DNA of 64,000 nt. Source: Arcobacteraceae bacterium. GTDB lineage: Bacteria > Campylobacterota > Campylobacteria > Campylobacterales > Arcobacteraceae. The position numbers and the translations under genes were made by a program. Below are positions 10,274 through 21,315 of this stretch, one piece after another. The DNA is taken from positions 1,088,001-1,152,000 of the forward strand of contig OY759974.1 in NCBI GenBank assembly GCA_963662945.1. Reading direction: 5' to 3'. How positions within the stretch are numbered: the stretch's first letter is position 1; each line of letters opens with the position of its first letter. The notes beneath the pieces were generated by a model, which did not search any database, was not told where the DNA came from, and was given only the letters and a program-made list of their open reading frames with translations.

Positions 10274-11558
10274 TTAATATCGCTAAAATCATTGTTTTAT
10301 CATTTTGTGGGAGTTTTTTATCATATATTATTTGATATTCTTCATCACCTTTTCCAAGAACCAATACTACAGGATTTTTATAATTTTTTGATTTTTCTAA
10401 AGCTATTTTAATAGCTTCTTTTCTATTAAGTTCTACTGTAACATTTTCTTGTTTCTCAATACCTTTTAGAATATCTTCACATATTAAATCAGGATCTTCA
10501 AATCTTGGATTATCTGCTGTTATAATTATCTCTTTACTAAATTGTTCTGCAACTTTACCCATCAATGGTCTTTTTGTTGTATCTCTGTCTCCACCTGCAC
10601 CAAATACACTTATAATATCATAATCTTGAAAACTGCTAAATACTTCTTTCATACCATCATGTGTATGTGCAAAATCTACTACAATTAAAGGATTACTAGA
10701 TACAACTTCCATCCTTCCTGCAACTCCACCAAAATATTCTACAACATCACAAATTTCTTGAAGTGGCTTTTTTGTCAAAAGATTTACACTAGCAATTGCT
10801 GCGGTCAAATTATATACATTAAATAAACCCATCATTGGAGAACTAAAATGTACCATATTTGCAAAATGTTGTAATGCAACATGAAGTCCATTTTTCAAAC
10901 TATAAGCAGTTACTCTATAAGTTGCTGGATTTTCTAAACCATAGGCAAAAGCATTTTTTATATTAAATTTTATAAGAGCATCATCTTTATTTATAAGTTT
11001 CATACTTTCATCAGCAAAAAAGCTATTTTTTACACTAATATATTCTTCAATTGTTTTATGATAATCAAGATGATCTTGAGTTATGTTTGTATGAATTTTA
11101 AGAGCAAAATCAAGTCCCTCAATCCTATTTTGTTCAATAGCATGTGAACTAACTTCCATCACAAAAAAATCACAATTATTTTCTAAAGCTTGTTGAATAT
11201 GAAGAAAATTTGAGATTTGTACAGGTGTCGTTAAACTATAATCTTCTATTTTTTTATCATTAATAAAAAAACCACGTGTTCCCTGTAAAGCTACTTTATA
11301 CCCTAAATCTAAAAGAATAGAATATATAGCTGCTGCAGTAGTTGTTTTCCCATTAGTTCCAGTTATACCAACAATTTTGATAGATGAAAAATCAAAATAC
11401 TCTTTCAGTGCACTACTATTGATAAATTCTGTACAACCATTGTCTTTTGCACTTTGAATAAATCGTTCGTTCTGCTTTGATGTTACAAAAATAATTTCAC
11501 TTGTGACTTCATTTGAATTATCTGTAAAAACCCTACCATCATTAGTGGTTATTTTCAA
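10260..11558 (-). CDS. murE: UDP-MurNAc-tripeptide synthetase
   Basis: GITGTNGKTT, MEVSSH, VDFAHT and DNPR motifs. Confidence 0.96.
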   Translation of the reverse strand: MKITTNDGRVFTDNSNEVTSEIIFVTSKQNERFIQSAKDNGCTEFINSSALKEYFDFSSIKIVGITGTNGKTTTAAAIYSILLDLGYKVALQGTRGFFINDKKIEDYSLTTPVQISNFLHIQQALENNCDFFVMEVSSHAIEQNRIEGLDFALKIHTNITQDHLDYHKTIEEYISVKNSFFADESMKLINKDDALIKFNIKNAFAYGLENPATYRVTAYSLKNGLHVALQHFANMVHFSSPMMGLFNVYNLTAAIASVNLLTKKPLQEICDVVEYFGGVAGRMEVVSSNPLIVVDFAHTHDGMKEVFSSFQDYDIISVFGAGGDRDTTKRPLMGKVAEQFSKEIIITADNPRFEDPDLICEDILKGIEKQENVTVELNRKEAIKIALEKSKNYKNPVVLVLGKGDEEYQIIYDKKLPQNDKTMILAILNEYK

Positions 11559-12132
11559 TATTTTTTCTCTCTAATTTTTTATACAATGCAGTAAGTTCCT
11601 CATCATAAGAAAAAAACTCGTTAAATCCATCTAAATATGTATATGCCGTATTACTAAAATTATTTTCTATTAATTTATCAATAAAATCTATTAAATCATC
11701 TTTTGAAGTAATAGCAACTTTTGTACTGAACATAATATCTTGATATGCTTCTTTAAATGAACCACGACTTTGCACTAATTCTTGAAAATCTTTATATTCA
11801 ATCGCATCTAATGCTTCAACGTTTGTATGAGACATATCTTTTAGGACATTCATCATTTTTTCATTATCCCCATCATAAGCTGAAATTACATCTTGAACAT
11901 GCGTAACTGCATCATTAAAGTTTTCATCTTTTGCTACTATAAAATAGTCAAATAAACTTTGTGCTTTTTTATCATTTTCAAATCCTAAATCAGATAATAA
12001 ACAGTATATCTGATACTCTATATTTTTTGGATCTGTTGATGAAACTTGTGCATATAAAAATAATGCCTTATCATATTGCTTTGCACTAAAATAGGAATGA
12101 GCTTGTTTTAATAATTCTTCAATTCTAATCAT
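11542..12132 (-). CDS. Conserved hypothetical protein, TPR-like N-terminus
   Basis: Helical LLKQAHSYF...YDKAL. Start moved to the ATG at 12132 (ATGA overlap with the NifU gene). Confidence 0.6.
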   Translation of the reverse strand: MIRIEELLKQAHSYFSAKQYDKALFLYAQVSSTDPKNIEYQIYCLLSDLGFENDKKAQSLFDYFIVAKDENFNDAVTHVQDVISAYDGDNEKMMNVLKDMSHTNVEALDAIEYKDFQELVQSRGSFKEAYQDIMFSTKVAITSKDDLIDFIDKLIENNFSNTAYTYLDGFNEFFSYDEELTALYKKLERKNIENNH

Positions 12133-12404
12133 TTTATCTCTTCTTCCATACCTAAAGGTACATTTACTATTTCTAAATCTGGATGTATCGCTGCTTTTAA
12201 TTCTTTTTCTACTATAAATTTTAATGTACTTCCACTTGCAGCACACCCCACACAGGCACCCTGTAACTGTACATATATTTTACCATCTTTTATTTTAAGT
12301 AATACTATTGCACCACCATCTTTAGCCAACATTGGAGCAATCTTATTTTGAATAATATTACTTACAGGTTGTTCTAAATCTTCATCTGTAAATGGCATAC
12401 TCAT
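12129..12404 (-). CDS. NifU/NfuA-domain Fe-S cluster protein
   Basis: DGG and LQGACVGC motifs. Confidence 0.9.
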   Translation of the reverse strand: MSMPFTDEDLEQPVSNIIQNKIAPMLAKDGGAIVLLKIKDGKIYVQLQGACVGCAASGSTLKFIVEKELKAAIHPDLEIVNVPLGMEEEIK

Positions 12405-12521
12405 TAAAAATCCTTTTAATTTTTACTTTTATACTTAACTAGTACTATACCAATAGCAGTAACTACTAAAATCACGGCTATGGTTTCAAATATAAATTCT
12501 AATGTAACAGGCTCACTCATA

Positions 12522-15272
12522 TTAAGAGTTTACAACCTCATCACATCTTTTACATAATGTATCTTCAGCTGATGCTCTAAATTTCCAACATCTAGGACAT
12601 TTATGCTCAACAGCTTTATAAACTTCAAAAGTTTTTCCATCAACTTCAAAACTACCTAAACTTTCTTCTTGTTTTTCAGCTATTACTTGACTCACAACAA
12701 ACCAATCTTCAGCCAATGTACTATCCATAGCTAAAACATCTTCACTATTTGTATAAATAACTAACTCTAAAGTTGATTTTATAACTTTCTCTTTGTTAAG
12801 TTTATCTTTTATTTCTGCAAATTTACTTTTTGCATCTAATAAATGTATTTCATTAAGATTTGTTTTAACTTCAGGTAAATAATATTTTTTCATATCAAAA
12901 ATTGAAGTTACTCCATCTGTTATCACTTTTGGTGCATGTTGTATTAATTCATCCATTGTGTATGTCAATACCGGAGCTAACATTGTAATAAATGCACGTG
13001 CTATCATAGCCATAGCACTTGCACTCGCAACTCTTGTAATTGAATTTTTTCCATCACAATACATTTTATCTTTACATACATCAATATAAACATTTGATAA
13101 TTCTGCTACTAGAAAATGATTTAATTTATTTAAACCTCTACTATAATCGTAAGCTCTAAAACTATCATCAACTTCTTTAAATACTTTTTGTGCTTTATCT
13201 AAAATCCATAAATCTACTTCACTCATAGTTTCAATTGAAGCAATCTCTTCTAAGTCATTTACATTCCCTAAAAGTATTTTTCCTGTATTTCTTATTTTTC
13301 TGTATTGTTCCGCCATCTGTTTTAAAATACCATCAGATATTTTTAAATCTGACTGATAATCAGACATAGCAACCCACATTCTAAGTATCTCAGAACCATA
13401 CTCTTTTAAAACTTTATCAGGTGCCACAACATTACCTTTAGATTTTGACATCTTTTCACCCTTAGCATCAACAGTAAATCCATGAGTTAAAATTGATTTA
13501 TAAGGTGCTTGTTCATTTGAAGCTAATGAAGTTAAAAGTGAAGATTGGAACCAACCTCTATGTTGATCACTTCCTTCAAGATACATATCAGCAGGATAAG
13601 TACCAGCATCATAATTTCTACTTCTTAAAACTGCATGTTGTGTTGAACCACTATCAAACCATACATCTAAAATATCCATTGTTTTTTCTAAATCATCAGG
13701 ATTTAATCCGCTTCCAGGATATAATAAATCTTTTATATCTAAATCATACCAAGCATCGGCACCTTTTTGTTCAAAAATCATTGCAACATAATTTAAAACC
13801 TGCTCATCATAGATAATCTCATCAGTTAATTTGTTTCTAAAAAATGCAATAGGTACACCCCAATCTCTTTGTCTTGAGATACACCAATCTGGTCGACCTT
13901 CAATCATAGTTTTTAATCTATTTTTTCCATGTGCTGGATAAAACTTTACATCTTCAATAGCTTCTAAAGCATTTTCTCTTAGAGTTTTTCCTTTTTTCCC
14001 ATAAGGCTCATCCATAGCAATAAACCATTGTTTTGTTGCTCTAAAAATAACTGGTTTATGTGTTCTCCAACAATGAGGATATGAGTGTGTAATATCAACC
14101 CTTTTTATCAAAGCACTACCTAAAAGCTCAAGTATTCTCTCATTTGCAGTAAATACATTTACATTAACAAACTCTTCTGGATTTGGAAGTAAATTTTCTC
14201 TTACAATGGTATTGTCGTATGCACCATTTGCCCCAACTGGCATAATAACTTCTAAATCATATTTTAATCCAACTTTATAGTCATCTTCACCATGACCAGG
14301 TGCTGTATGAACTGCACCTGTTCCTGAATCCATCATTACATGATCACCTAGAACAATTGTTGATGTTCTTCCGTTTAATGGATTGATAGCAAATGTATTT
14401 TCTAAAGTTTTTGGATCAATATCTTCTACAATATCACCTTTTACCACTTCATTTTCTATACAAAAATTATAAAGTTTTTTCGCAACTATAAAACCATCAC
14501 TTGTTTTTACATACATCTCTTCACCATTTAAAGCAATTCCTGTATTTGCAGGAAGTGTCCAAGGTGTTGTTGTCCAAATAATTACACTTTCATCTCTATT
14601 TTGTAATTTAAATGCTACATAAATTGATGGAGATACTTTATCTTCATATTCAACTTCTGCTTCAGCCAATGCTGTTTGTGCTGCCCATGACCAATATACA
14701 GGCTTACTTCTTTGGATTAATAATCCTTGTTTTGCAATAGCAATCAATTCTCTATAAATATTTGCCTCAAATTTAAAATCCATCGTTAAGTATGGATTGT
14801 CCCAATCACCTATTACACCTAATGCTTTAAATTCATCTCTTTGAATATCAATAAATTTACTTGCATGGTTTCTACAAAGTTCTCTTAATTTTGATTTTGC
14901 TAACTCTTTTTTCTTTGCACCACCAATTTTTTCTTCTACTTTTTGCTCAATTGGTAAACCATGACAGTCCCAACCTGGAGTGTATCTAGTTGATTTCCCA
15001 TCAAAGTAATGATATTTCACAATAATATCTTTTAATACTTTATTGAGTGCGTGCCCTATATGTGTATTTCCATTTGCATAAGGAGGTCCATCATGAAGTG
15101 TAAAAGTTTCGCATCCCACTCTATTTTGTTTCATCTTTTCATACACTTTTTCATCATCCCAAAGTTTATATTGCTTTGGTTCATTATGTGGTAAGCTTCC
15201 TCTCATTGGAAAACTTGTTGTTGGTAATTGTAAGGTATTTTTATAATCTATTGGTTCTGTAACTTGTGACAT
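12522..15272 (-). CDS. ileS: Isoleucyl-tRNA synthetase
   Basis: HDGPPYANG, HIGH, WCISRQR, KMSKS and C-terminal Zn finger. Confidence 0.98.
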   Translation of the reverse strand: MSQVTEPIDYKNTLQLPTTSFPMRGSLPHNEPKQYKLWDDEKVYEKMKQNRVGCETFTLHDGPPYANGNTHIGHALNKVLKDIIVKYHYFDGKSTRYTPGWDCHGLPIEQKVEEKIGGAKKKELAKSKLRELCRNHASKFIDIQRDEFKALGVIGDWDNPYLTMDFKFEANIYRELIAIAKQGLLIQRSKPVYWSWAAQTALAEAEVEYEDKVSPSIYVAFKLQNRDESVIIWTTTPWTLPANTGIALNGEEMYVKTSDGFIVAKKLYNFCIENEVVKGDIVEDIDPKTLENTFAINPLNGRTSTIVLGDHVMMDSGTGAVHTAPGHGEDDYKVGLKYDLEVIMPVGANGAYDNTIVRENLLPNPEEFVNVNVFTANERILELLGSALIKRVDITHSYPHCWRTHKPVIFRATKQWFIAMDEPYGKKGKTLRENALEAIEDVKFYPAHGKNRLKTMIEGRPDWCISRQRDWGVPIAFFRNKLTDEIIYDEQVLNYVAMIFEQKGADAWYDLDIKDLLYPGSGLNPDDLEKTMDILDVWFDSGSTQHAVLRSRNYDAGTYPADMYLEGSDQHRGWFQSSLLTSLASNEQAPYKSILTHGFTVDAKGEKMSKSKGNVVAPDKVLKEYGSEILRMWVAMSDYQSDLKISDGILKQMAEQYRKIRNTGKILLGNVNDLEEIASIETMSEVDLWILDKAQKVFKEVDDSFRAYDYSRGLNKLNHFLVAELSNVYIDVCKDKMYCDGKNSITRVASASAMAMIARAFITMLAPVLTYTMDELIQHAPKVITDGVTSIFDMKKYYLPEVKTNLNEIHLLDAKSKFAEIKDKLNKEKVIKSTLELVIYTNSEDVLAMDSTLAEDWFVVSQVIAEKQEESLGSFEVDGKTFEVYKAVEHKCPRCWKFRASAEDTLCKRCDEVVNS

Positions 15273-15340
15273 ATTTTTTAATAATCCTGTAATTTAAAAT
15301 AGGCTAAAGTGTACCAAAATAAGATTTAAAAGGTGTTTAA

Positions 15341-15841
15341 ATGTTTAACAATATCTTTAACCAAGAAAAAATGTTATTGCTACAAGAGTTACTCATTAAA
15401 AAAAATGAAACTATTACTTGTGCAGAAAGTTGTACAGGAGGATTAGTAGCTTCATATATTACACAAAACTCTGGTTCATCTTCTATTTTTAGAGGCTCAG
15501 TAGTAACTTACTGTAATGAAATAAAAGAACAAGAATTAAATGTAAGAAAAGAAACTATGATTAAATTTGGTGTAGTAAGTTGTGAAGTAGTTGAAGAGAT
15601 GTGTATAGGTGTTTTAAAAAAATTTGATGCAGATTATGCCATATCAATAAGTGGTGTAGCTGGTCCAACTGGTGGTACAAAAAATAAGCCTGTTGGTACT
15701 GTAGCGATAGGAATAATAAGTAAAGAGAAGATTCTAGATATAAGAATATATAATTTTTCAGGCAATAGAAATGAGATACAAATTCAAGCAGCCAAAACTG
15801 CTCTAAATACAATTTTTGAAATTTTATCAAAAAACTCTTGA
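15341..15841 (+). CDS. CinA C-terminal / NMN deamidase (PncC) family
   Basis: AESCTGG and SGVAGPTGG motifs. Confidence 0.92.
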   Translation: MFNNIFNQEKMLLLQELLIKKNETITCAESCTGGLVASYITQNSGSSSIFRGSVVTYCNEIKEQELNVRKETMIKFGVVSCEVVEEMCIGVLKKFDADYAISISGVAGPTGGTKNKPVGTVAIGIISKEKILDIRIYNFSGNRNEIQIQAAKTALNTIFEILSKNS

Positions 15842-15866
15842 CAAAAAAAATATATTTCACTATAAT
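15838..15866 (+). promoter_or_regulatory. Sigma70 promoter of the tRNA operon
   Basis: TTGACA-17 nt-TATAAT, 21 nt upstream of the first tRNA. Confidence 0.85.
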
Positions 15867-15887
15867 TCCACTCCATTTAACAAATAT

Positions 15888-15963
15888 GACCCGTTAGCTC
15901 AGCCGGTAGAGCATCTCCCTTTTAAGGAGGTGGCCGATGGTTCGAATCCATCACGGGTCACCA
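15888..15963 (+). tRNA. tRNA-Lys(TTT)
   Basis: Cloverleaf, anticodon loop CTTTTAA, TTCGAAT, CCA end. Confidence 0.95.
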
Positions 15964-15975
15964 TAAATGTTATTT

Positions 15976-16051
15976 GGTCGATTAGCTCAGTTGGTAGAGC
16001 GCTACCCTTACAAGGTAGATGTCAGTGGTTCGAGTCCACTATCGACCACCA
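15976..16051 (+). tRNA. tRNA-Val(TAC)
   Basis: Anticodon loop CTTACAA, CCA end. Confidence 0.95.
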
Positions 16052-16067
16052 TAAAAAATTTAATGTT

Positions 16068-16142
16068 GGCCCCATCGTCTAGTGGTTAGGATCCATGGTT
16101 TTCATCCATGTTACAGGAGTTCGAGTCTCCTTGGGGTCACCA
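16068..16142 (+). tRNA. tRNA-Glu(TTC)
   Basis: CATGG-TTTTCAT-CCATG anticodon arm, CCA end. Confidence 0.95.
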
Positions 16143-16170
16143 ACATTTAGTTTTACATTAATTTAAAAGT

Positions 16171-16247
16171 GCGGTTGTAGTTCAGTTGGTTAGAATACCT
16201 GCCTGTCACGCAGGGGGCCGCGAGTTCGAGTCTCGTCAACCGCGCCA
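16171..16247 (+). tRNA. tRNA-Asp(GTC)
   Basis: Anticodon loop CTGTCAC, CCA end. Confidence 0.95.
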
Positions 16248-16266
16248 CTTTTAAAATTTTATAGAT

Positions 16267-16342
16267 GACCCGTTAGCTCAGCCGGTAGAGCATCTCCCTT
16301 TTAAGGAGGTGGCCGATGGTTCGAATCCATCACGGGTCACCA
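16267..16342 (+). tRNA. tRNA-Lys(TTT), second copy
   Basis: Same sequence as 15888-15963. Confidence 0.95.
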
Positions 16343-16356
16343 TTTTTATAATTGTT

Positions 16357-16431
16357 GGCCCCATCGTCTAGTGGTTAGGATCCATGGTTTTCATCCATGT
16401 TACAGGAGTTCGAGTCTCCTTGGGGTCACCA
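16357..16431 (+). tRNA. tRNA-Glu(TTC), second copy
   Basis: Same sequence as 16068-16142. Confidence 0.95.
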
Positions 16432-16440
16432 ACAATTTTT

Positions 16441-16516
16441 GGTCGATTAGCTCAGTTGGTAGAGCGCTACCCTTACAAGGTAGATGTCAGTGGTTCGAGT
16501 CCACTATCGACCACCA
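16441..16516 (+). tRNA. tRNA-Val(TAC), second copy
   Basis: Same sequence as 15976-16051. Confidence 0.95.
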
Positions 16517-16609
16517 TAAGTATAAGATTGTAATATTTATACAATTAAAATACATCTCTCTTAAGTTATACAAATAGCTTCAGTCAGAATTTCAATTTTT
16601 ATTTGGTGT

Positions 16610-16686
16610 GCGGTTGTAGTTCAGTTGGTTAGAATACCTGCCTGTCACGCAGGGGGCCGCGAGTTCGAGTCTCGTCAACCGCGCCA
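16610..16686 (+). tRNA. tRNA-Asp(GTC), second copy
   Basis: Same sequence as 16171-16247. Confidence 0.95.
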
Positions 16687-16704
16687 CTTTTCATTTAAAT
16701 CAAA

Positions 16705-17328
16705 TTACTTCTTATATAAAATTGATTGTCCAGAAGATACTTTATCTCCAATTTTAACTAATAAGTTATTGTTATTTTTTACAGTAATAATGGCTAAACC
16801 ATCTATAAAAAATGATACAACATCTCCTTGAGACAAGACTTTATCTTCACATTTTTCTATACCTATATTAAAAAATCCACTTATTAACTTTAATTTTAAA
16901 CTTACTTGATCATCATATGAAATAAATTTATAAACAATTTGTTCATTTAAAGTTTTTGCTTTTAAAGTATTAGGATCTAAATTTAATCCTTTATGATATT
17001 TTTTAACTTTTATTTCACCACTAAAAGGTGCCCGTACTGAATGATTATCACAAAGAGACACTTTACAATAGATTTTTAAATTTTCTCCAACACTATCAAT
17101 AGCTATTATCTTACCATCCACAGGAGATAAAACACTATCACTATTCTCATAAATATATCTCTTTGTATCTCTAAAAACATATAAAGTAAAAAGTGTAATT
17201 ACAAAAAATATGCATCCTAAAAAATCTGAAATAACACTTGCTAATATTGTTAATAAAGCTAAAACAAATAAAGGTTTAATACCTTTATTTGATATAAATC
17301 CTATGCTATTCATTTTCATTACTTTCAT
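16705..17328 (-). CDS. Phosphatidylserine decarboxylase-like protein
   Basis: N-terminal TMs, FRD..R, VLSPVDGKI and H.VRAP motifs; downstream of ftsH. Confidence 0.7.
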   Translation of the reverse strand: MKVMKMNSIGFISNKGIKPLFVLALLTILASVISDFLGCIFFVITLFTLYVFRDTKRYIYENSDSVLSPVDGKIIAIDSVGENLKIYCKVSLCDNHSVRAPFSGEIKVKKYHKGLNLDPNTLKAKTLNEQIVYKFISYDDQVSLKLKLISGFFNIGIEKCEDKVLSQGDVVSFFIDGLAIITVKNNNNLLVKIGDKVSSGQSILYKK

Positions 17329-19282
17329 CGTGCTTTAAATCTTCATCATCATGAAGTTCTTCACCTTTATAAACTTCACCACCATTTTCTATAATAATCT
17401 CTTGAACTCTTTTCCCAGAAATCACCTCTTTATCTAATAATTCAGCTGTCATTTGTTCCATTGCTGCACTATTGTCTTTTAAAGTTTGAATAACTGCTTG
17501 ATATCTCTCTTCAAGTGTTCTTTTAATATAATCATCAAGTTTATGTGCCATTTCATCACTGTAATCTTTACTTGATTGTCCACCACCTAAAAATTGATTG
17601 TGTTGTTTATGTAATACCATAAGTCCTGCAATTTCAATATCACTCATACCATAGATTGTTGCCATAGATTTTATTATATCTGTCGCTCTGTCTAAATCAT
17701 TTCCAGCGCCCGTACTAATTTCACCTATAAAAACTTCTTCAGCTGCTCGTCCACCAAGTAAAGTATCAACTTCTGCTATTAATTCATGTTTTTGCATTAA
17801 ATATTTATTTTCTTCTGGAGTATTTAATGTGTATCCAAGTGCTGCTAAACCTCTTGGAACTATAGAAACTTTATTAACTTTTTTCGCACCTTTAGTAATC
17901 TCTGCAATAATAGCATGACCTGATTCATGGTAAGCTACAATTTCTCTTTCTTTTGGAGAAATTCGTCTACTTTTTTTCTCTAATCCAGCAATTTGTCTTT
18001 CAACTGCTTCTTTAAAATGATCTGGTCTAACCTCGTTATCTTCAGCTCTACCTGCAAGAAGTGCAGCTTCATTAATAACATTTGCTAAATCAGCTCCTGC
18101 CAATCCAGCTGTCATAACAGCAATCTCTCGCAAATCAACATCTTTTGCTATTTTTACATCTTTGATATGAACATTTAAAATTTCAATTCTACCTTCTAAA
18201 TCTGGCTTATCAACTAGAACTTGTCTATCAAATCTTCCAGGTCTTAAAAGAGCTGGGTCTAATACTTCTGGTCTATTTGTTGCAGCTAACACAATAACAG
18301 GTGCCCCAGCACTTGAAAATCCATCCATTTCTGCTAAAAGTTGATTTAATGTTTGCTCTCTTTCATCATTTCCACCCATACTTCCAGCACTAGCACGACT
18401 TTTACCAATAGCATCAATCTCATCTATAAAGATAATAGCAGGTGCTACTTTTTTAGCCTGTTCAAATAGATCTCTAACTCTACTTGCCCCAACTCCAACA
18501 AACATCTCTATGAAGCTTGAACCAGTTACACTTAAAAACTCAACATCAGCTTCACCTGCCACTGCTTTTGCTAAAAGTGTTTTTCCAGTTCCTGGAGGTC
18601 CTACAAGTAAAACACCTTTTGGAATTTGAGCTCCCAAATTCACATATCTATCAGGATTTCGTAAAAATTCCACAATCTCAGTAACTTCTTCTTTTGCTTC
18701 TTTGTTTCCTGCCATATCTTCAAATTTTACTTTAGGTTTTTCACTATTAATCATTTTTTTAGCGCCACCCATACCTAAAATTCCACCGGCACCACCACCA
18801 AGTGATTTTGACATTCTTCGTGCTAAAAACATCCAAATTGCAAAAAAGAAAAATAGTGGAAGAACCCAACCAAATAACATATCAGCTAGTAAATTTTGTT
18901 CGTTTACACCACCATAATCTATTCCCATTTTTTCTAATGTAGGGATTAAAGTATCATCATTTCCTACTTTCCTTGCTCTATATGTTGTGACTATGCCACC
19001 TACAGGTTTTGAAATAGCTTTGATATTGGTATCACCAATTCCAACATATTCTATTTCGCCATTGTTAATAAGTTTTTTAACATCAGAATATGCTACATTT
19101 TTACTAACACTTTGCCCATACGCTGGTTGACCAGAATTCACACTCATATCATCTGTTGGGAAAAAGCTTTTAAAAGCCATTATCGTTACGACTGAAAAAA
19201 TTACAAATACTATAATTGGGTTTTTATCAAAAAATCCATTTGAGTTATTGTTTTCATTTTTATTATTTTGCTTGTTATCCAT
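17306..19282 (-). CDS. ftsH: ATP-dependent zinc metalloprotease FtsH
   Basis: Two TMs, [15 protein letters not shown] and HESGH. Confidence 0.98.
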   Translation of the reverse strand: MDNKQNNKNENNNSNGFFDKNPIIVFVIFSVVTIMAFKSFFPTDDMSVNSGQPAYGQSVSKNVAYSDVKKLINNGEIEYVGIGDTNIKAISKPVGGIVTTYRARKVGNDDTLIPTLEKMGIDYGGVNEQNLLADMLFGWVLPLFFFFAIWMFLARRMSKSLGGGAGGILGMGGAKKMINSEKPKVKFEDMAGNKEAKEEVTEIVEFLRNPDRYVNLGAQIPKGVLLVGPPGTGKTLLAKAVAGEADVEFLSVTGSSFIEMFVGVGASRVRDLFEQAKKVAPAIIFIDEIDAIGKSRASAGSMGGNDEREQTLNQLLAEMDGFSSAGAPVIVLAATNRPEVLDPALLRPGRFDRQVLVDKPDLEGRIEILNVHIKDVKIAKDVDLREIAVMTAGLAGADLANVINEAALLAGRAEDNEVRPDHFKEAVERQIAGLEKKSRRISPKEREIVAYHESGHAIIAEITKGAKKVNKVSIVPRGLAALGYTLNTPEENKYLMQKHELIAEVDTLLGGRAAEEVFIGEISTGAGNDLDRATDIIKSMATIYGMSDIEIAGLMVLHKQHNQFLGGGQSSKDYSDEMAHKLDDYIKRTLEERYQAVIQTLKDNSAAMEQMTAELLDKEVISGKRVQEIIIENGGEVYKGEELHDDEDLKHDESNENE

Positions 19283-19291
19283 TTTTTTCCT

Positions 19292-20128
19292 TTAATTCAC
19301 TAACTTTTTAACTACAAGTGTTACCCACTCATTTTCTTGTAATTCTTCTACAATCTCACATTGTTTATTAAATTTATTTATTACTTTTTGTTTATGTTGT
19401 TCCATTATACCTGATAATATAATCATTCCATTTTCTTTTGTAATTTTTATTAAATCTTTTGATATCATTGTTAAAACGTCTGCAACAATATTTGCAATCA
19501 CTACATCATAACTTTCAGACGTACTATTTGCTGAACCTTCCCAAGACTTATTTACTGCTACATCATTTTGTGCAAAGTTTTTAATCGCATCTTCAACTGC
19601 AACTATATCTGTATCACAAATATCAACAATAGCACCTAATTTTGCAGCAGCAATACCTAAAATACCACTTCCACTTCCTACATCACAAACAGTCATATCT
19701 GCTTTTACATATTGTTCTACTGCTTTTAAACATCTATTTGTAGTTTCATGATGTCCTGAACCAAAAGCTAAAGTTGGATCTATAATAATATTTATTTTTT
19801 TGTCTTCTGGCTCACACCAACTTGGATGAATATAAAAATTTCCAACTTCTATTGGTTGTACACTTTGTTGATATGCTTGTATCCAATCAATATTTTCTTT
19901 TTTAGTTAAAGTTGTTTTACATTCTATTTGTGTATCAAATGCCAAACTTAATTCTTTTGCAAATGCAATAATTCCAGCTTCAATATCATCAAGTGTATCT
20001 TCACTTCGTATAATTATTGTTTCTTCATACTCTTCTATTGCATCTTCTGTTAGGCTTGATGCTAAATCTAAAAATAATTCATAGTATAAACTTGGCTGTA
20101 TTTGCAGCTCATAATAATATTTTTCCAA
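19292..20128 (-). CDS. prmA: Ribosomal protein L11 methyltransferase
   Basis: DPTLAFGSGHHETT, DVGSGSGIL and VIANI motifs. Confidence 0.96.
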   Translation of the reverse strand: MEKYYYELQIQPSLYYELFLDLASSLTEDAIEEYEETIIIRSEDTLDDIEAGIIAFAKELSLAFDTQIECKTTLTKKENIDWIQAYQQSVQPIEVGNFYIHPSWCEPEDKKINIIIDPTLAFGSGHHETTNRCLKAVEQYVKADMTVCDVGSGSGILGIAAAKLGAIVDICDTDIVAVEDAIKNFAQNDVAVNKSWEGSANSTSESYDVVIANIVADVLTMISKDLIKITKENGMIILSGIMEQHKQKVINKFNKQCEIVEELQENEWVTLVVKKLVN

Positions 20129-20229
20129 ATATCTACCTTATATAATTTTTTATAAATAGTGTAGATTTTATCTAAATTGATGTTTAAAATAGTTTAAATT
20201 TTATTTTTAAACGCAACTCATAATGATTG

Positions 20230-21228
20230 TTATTTTTTTAAAAATATTATTGTATCATCTTCATTGATTTCATATCTATAAACTTCTTGAAATCCAAACT
20301 GATTTATATCTATTTTTTTATCTGATTTTGTTTTTTTTGACAAAAATACTACAAGATAATCTATCTGTGTTTTTACATGGTCTAATAAATTATATCCACC
20401 TTCTATCATAACAAACTTTTTTGTTTTCAACAGTTCTAAACTATTTGAAATTTCTACTATTCTATTAGGAATATTAAATAGAGGTATTGTTGTATCAAAA
20501 TCATCTTTATTTGAATAAATTAAAATATCAGGGGAATTATTCAAATCACTAAATCTTGTATCTAGTGTTGGTCTATCTACTCTTACTGTTTGTCCACCTA
20601 TAACTAAGAGATCTAAATTATTTCTTATATTATGTACTAATTTTAAAGAATCTTTTGTGGTAATATACCCTCCATCAATTGTCCCATCAGCTCTCATTGC
20701 TAATTTAAAAAATACAAAATTTCCCTCTTGCCATTTTTTAAAAGGATAGAGTAACTCATCTGTTTGTTCTTTACAAATATCTATTTCAACTTCAATATTT
20801 GCATCTCTTAGTCTTTGCAAGCCACCTGCTGCATCAATGTTACAATCCATTGTACCAATATATACTTTTTTTATTTTAACAGCTTTTAATAACATTGCAC
20901 AAGCTGGTGTTTTGCCGATATGATTACAAGGTTCTAAAGTAACATATATTTCACAATCTTTAAAAAAGTCATTATGATTTTTGATTAAATAATTATGTAT
21001 ATCTAAAGAATCTTCTAAATCTTTCAGTTCAGAATCACTATAGTATTTTAAATAGGCAACTTTCAGTGCTAAAACTTCTGCATGTGGAGAACCTGCTTTT
21101 TTATGAGCTTCAACAGATATCACTTCTCCATTCTTTACAACAGTGGCACCAACGGCAGGATTTGGATAAGTTAAAAATTGATATTTCCACGCTTCTTGGA
21201 TAGCTAATTGCATAAATTTCTTATTCAT
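20230..21228 (-). CDS. ribD: Riboflavin biosynthesis deaminase/reductase
   Basis: PNPAVG, HAE and TLEPCNHIGKTPAC motifs. Confidence 0.96.
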   Translation of the reverse strand: MNKKFMQLAIQEAWKYQFLTYPNPAVGATVVKNGEVISVEAHKKAGSPHAEVLALKVAYLKYYSDSELKDLEDSLDIHNYLIKNHNDFFKDCEIYVTLEPCNHIGKTPACAMLLKAVKIKKVYIGTMDCNIDAAGGLQRLRDANIEVEIDICKEQTDELLYPFKKWQEGNFVFFKLAMRADGTIDGGYITTKDSLKLVHNIRNNLDLLVIGGQTVRVDRPTLDTRFSDLNNSPDILIYSNKDDFDTTIPLFNIPNRIVEISNSLELLKTKKFVMIEGGYNLLDHVKTQIDYLVVFLSKKTKSDKKIDINQFGFQEVYRYEINEDDTIIFLKK

Positions 21229-21285
21229 CGATTGTATTCTTTTTGATTTATTGATTTGTAGTGTAGCAAATTTTGGTTGAATTGT

Positions 21286-21315
21286 AAAAGAGTTGAAAAG
21301 GAATACAACTCTTTT
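21286..21315. terminator. Intrinsic terminator hairpin downstream of the two-component pair
   Basis: AAAAGAGTTG-N10-CAACTCTTTT. Confidence 0.65.

Noticed and set aside
15888-16700. tRNA cluster as an integration site
   Set aside because: No integrase or partial tRNA duplication nearby; the flanks are housekeeping genes.
15816-16831. ORFs 15816-16082, 16371-16577 and 16625-16831
   Set aside because: They overlap tRNA genes and are spurious.
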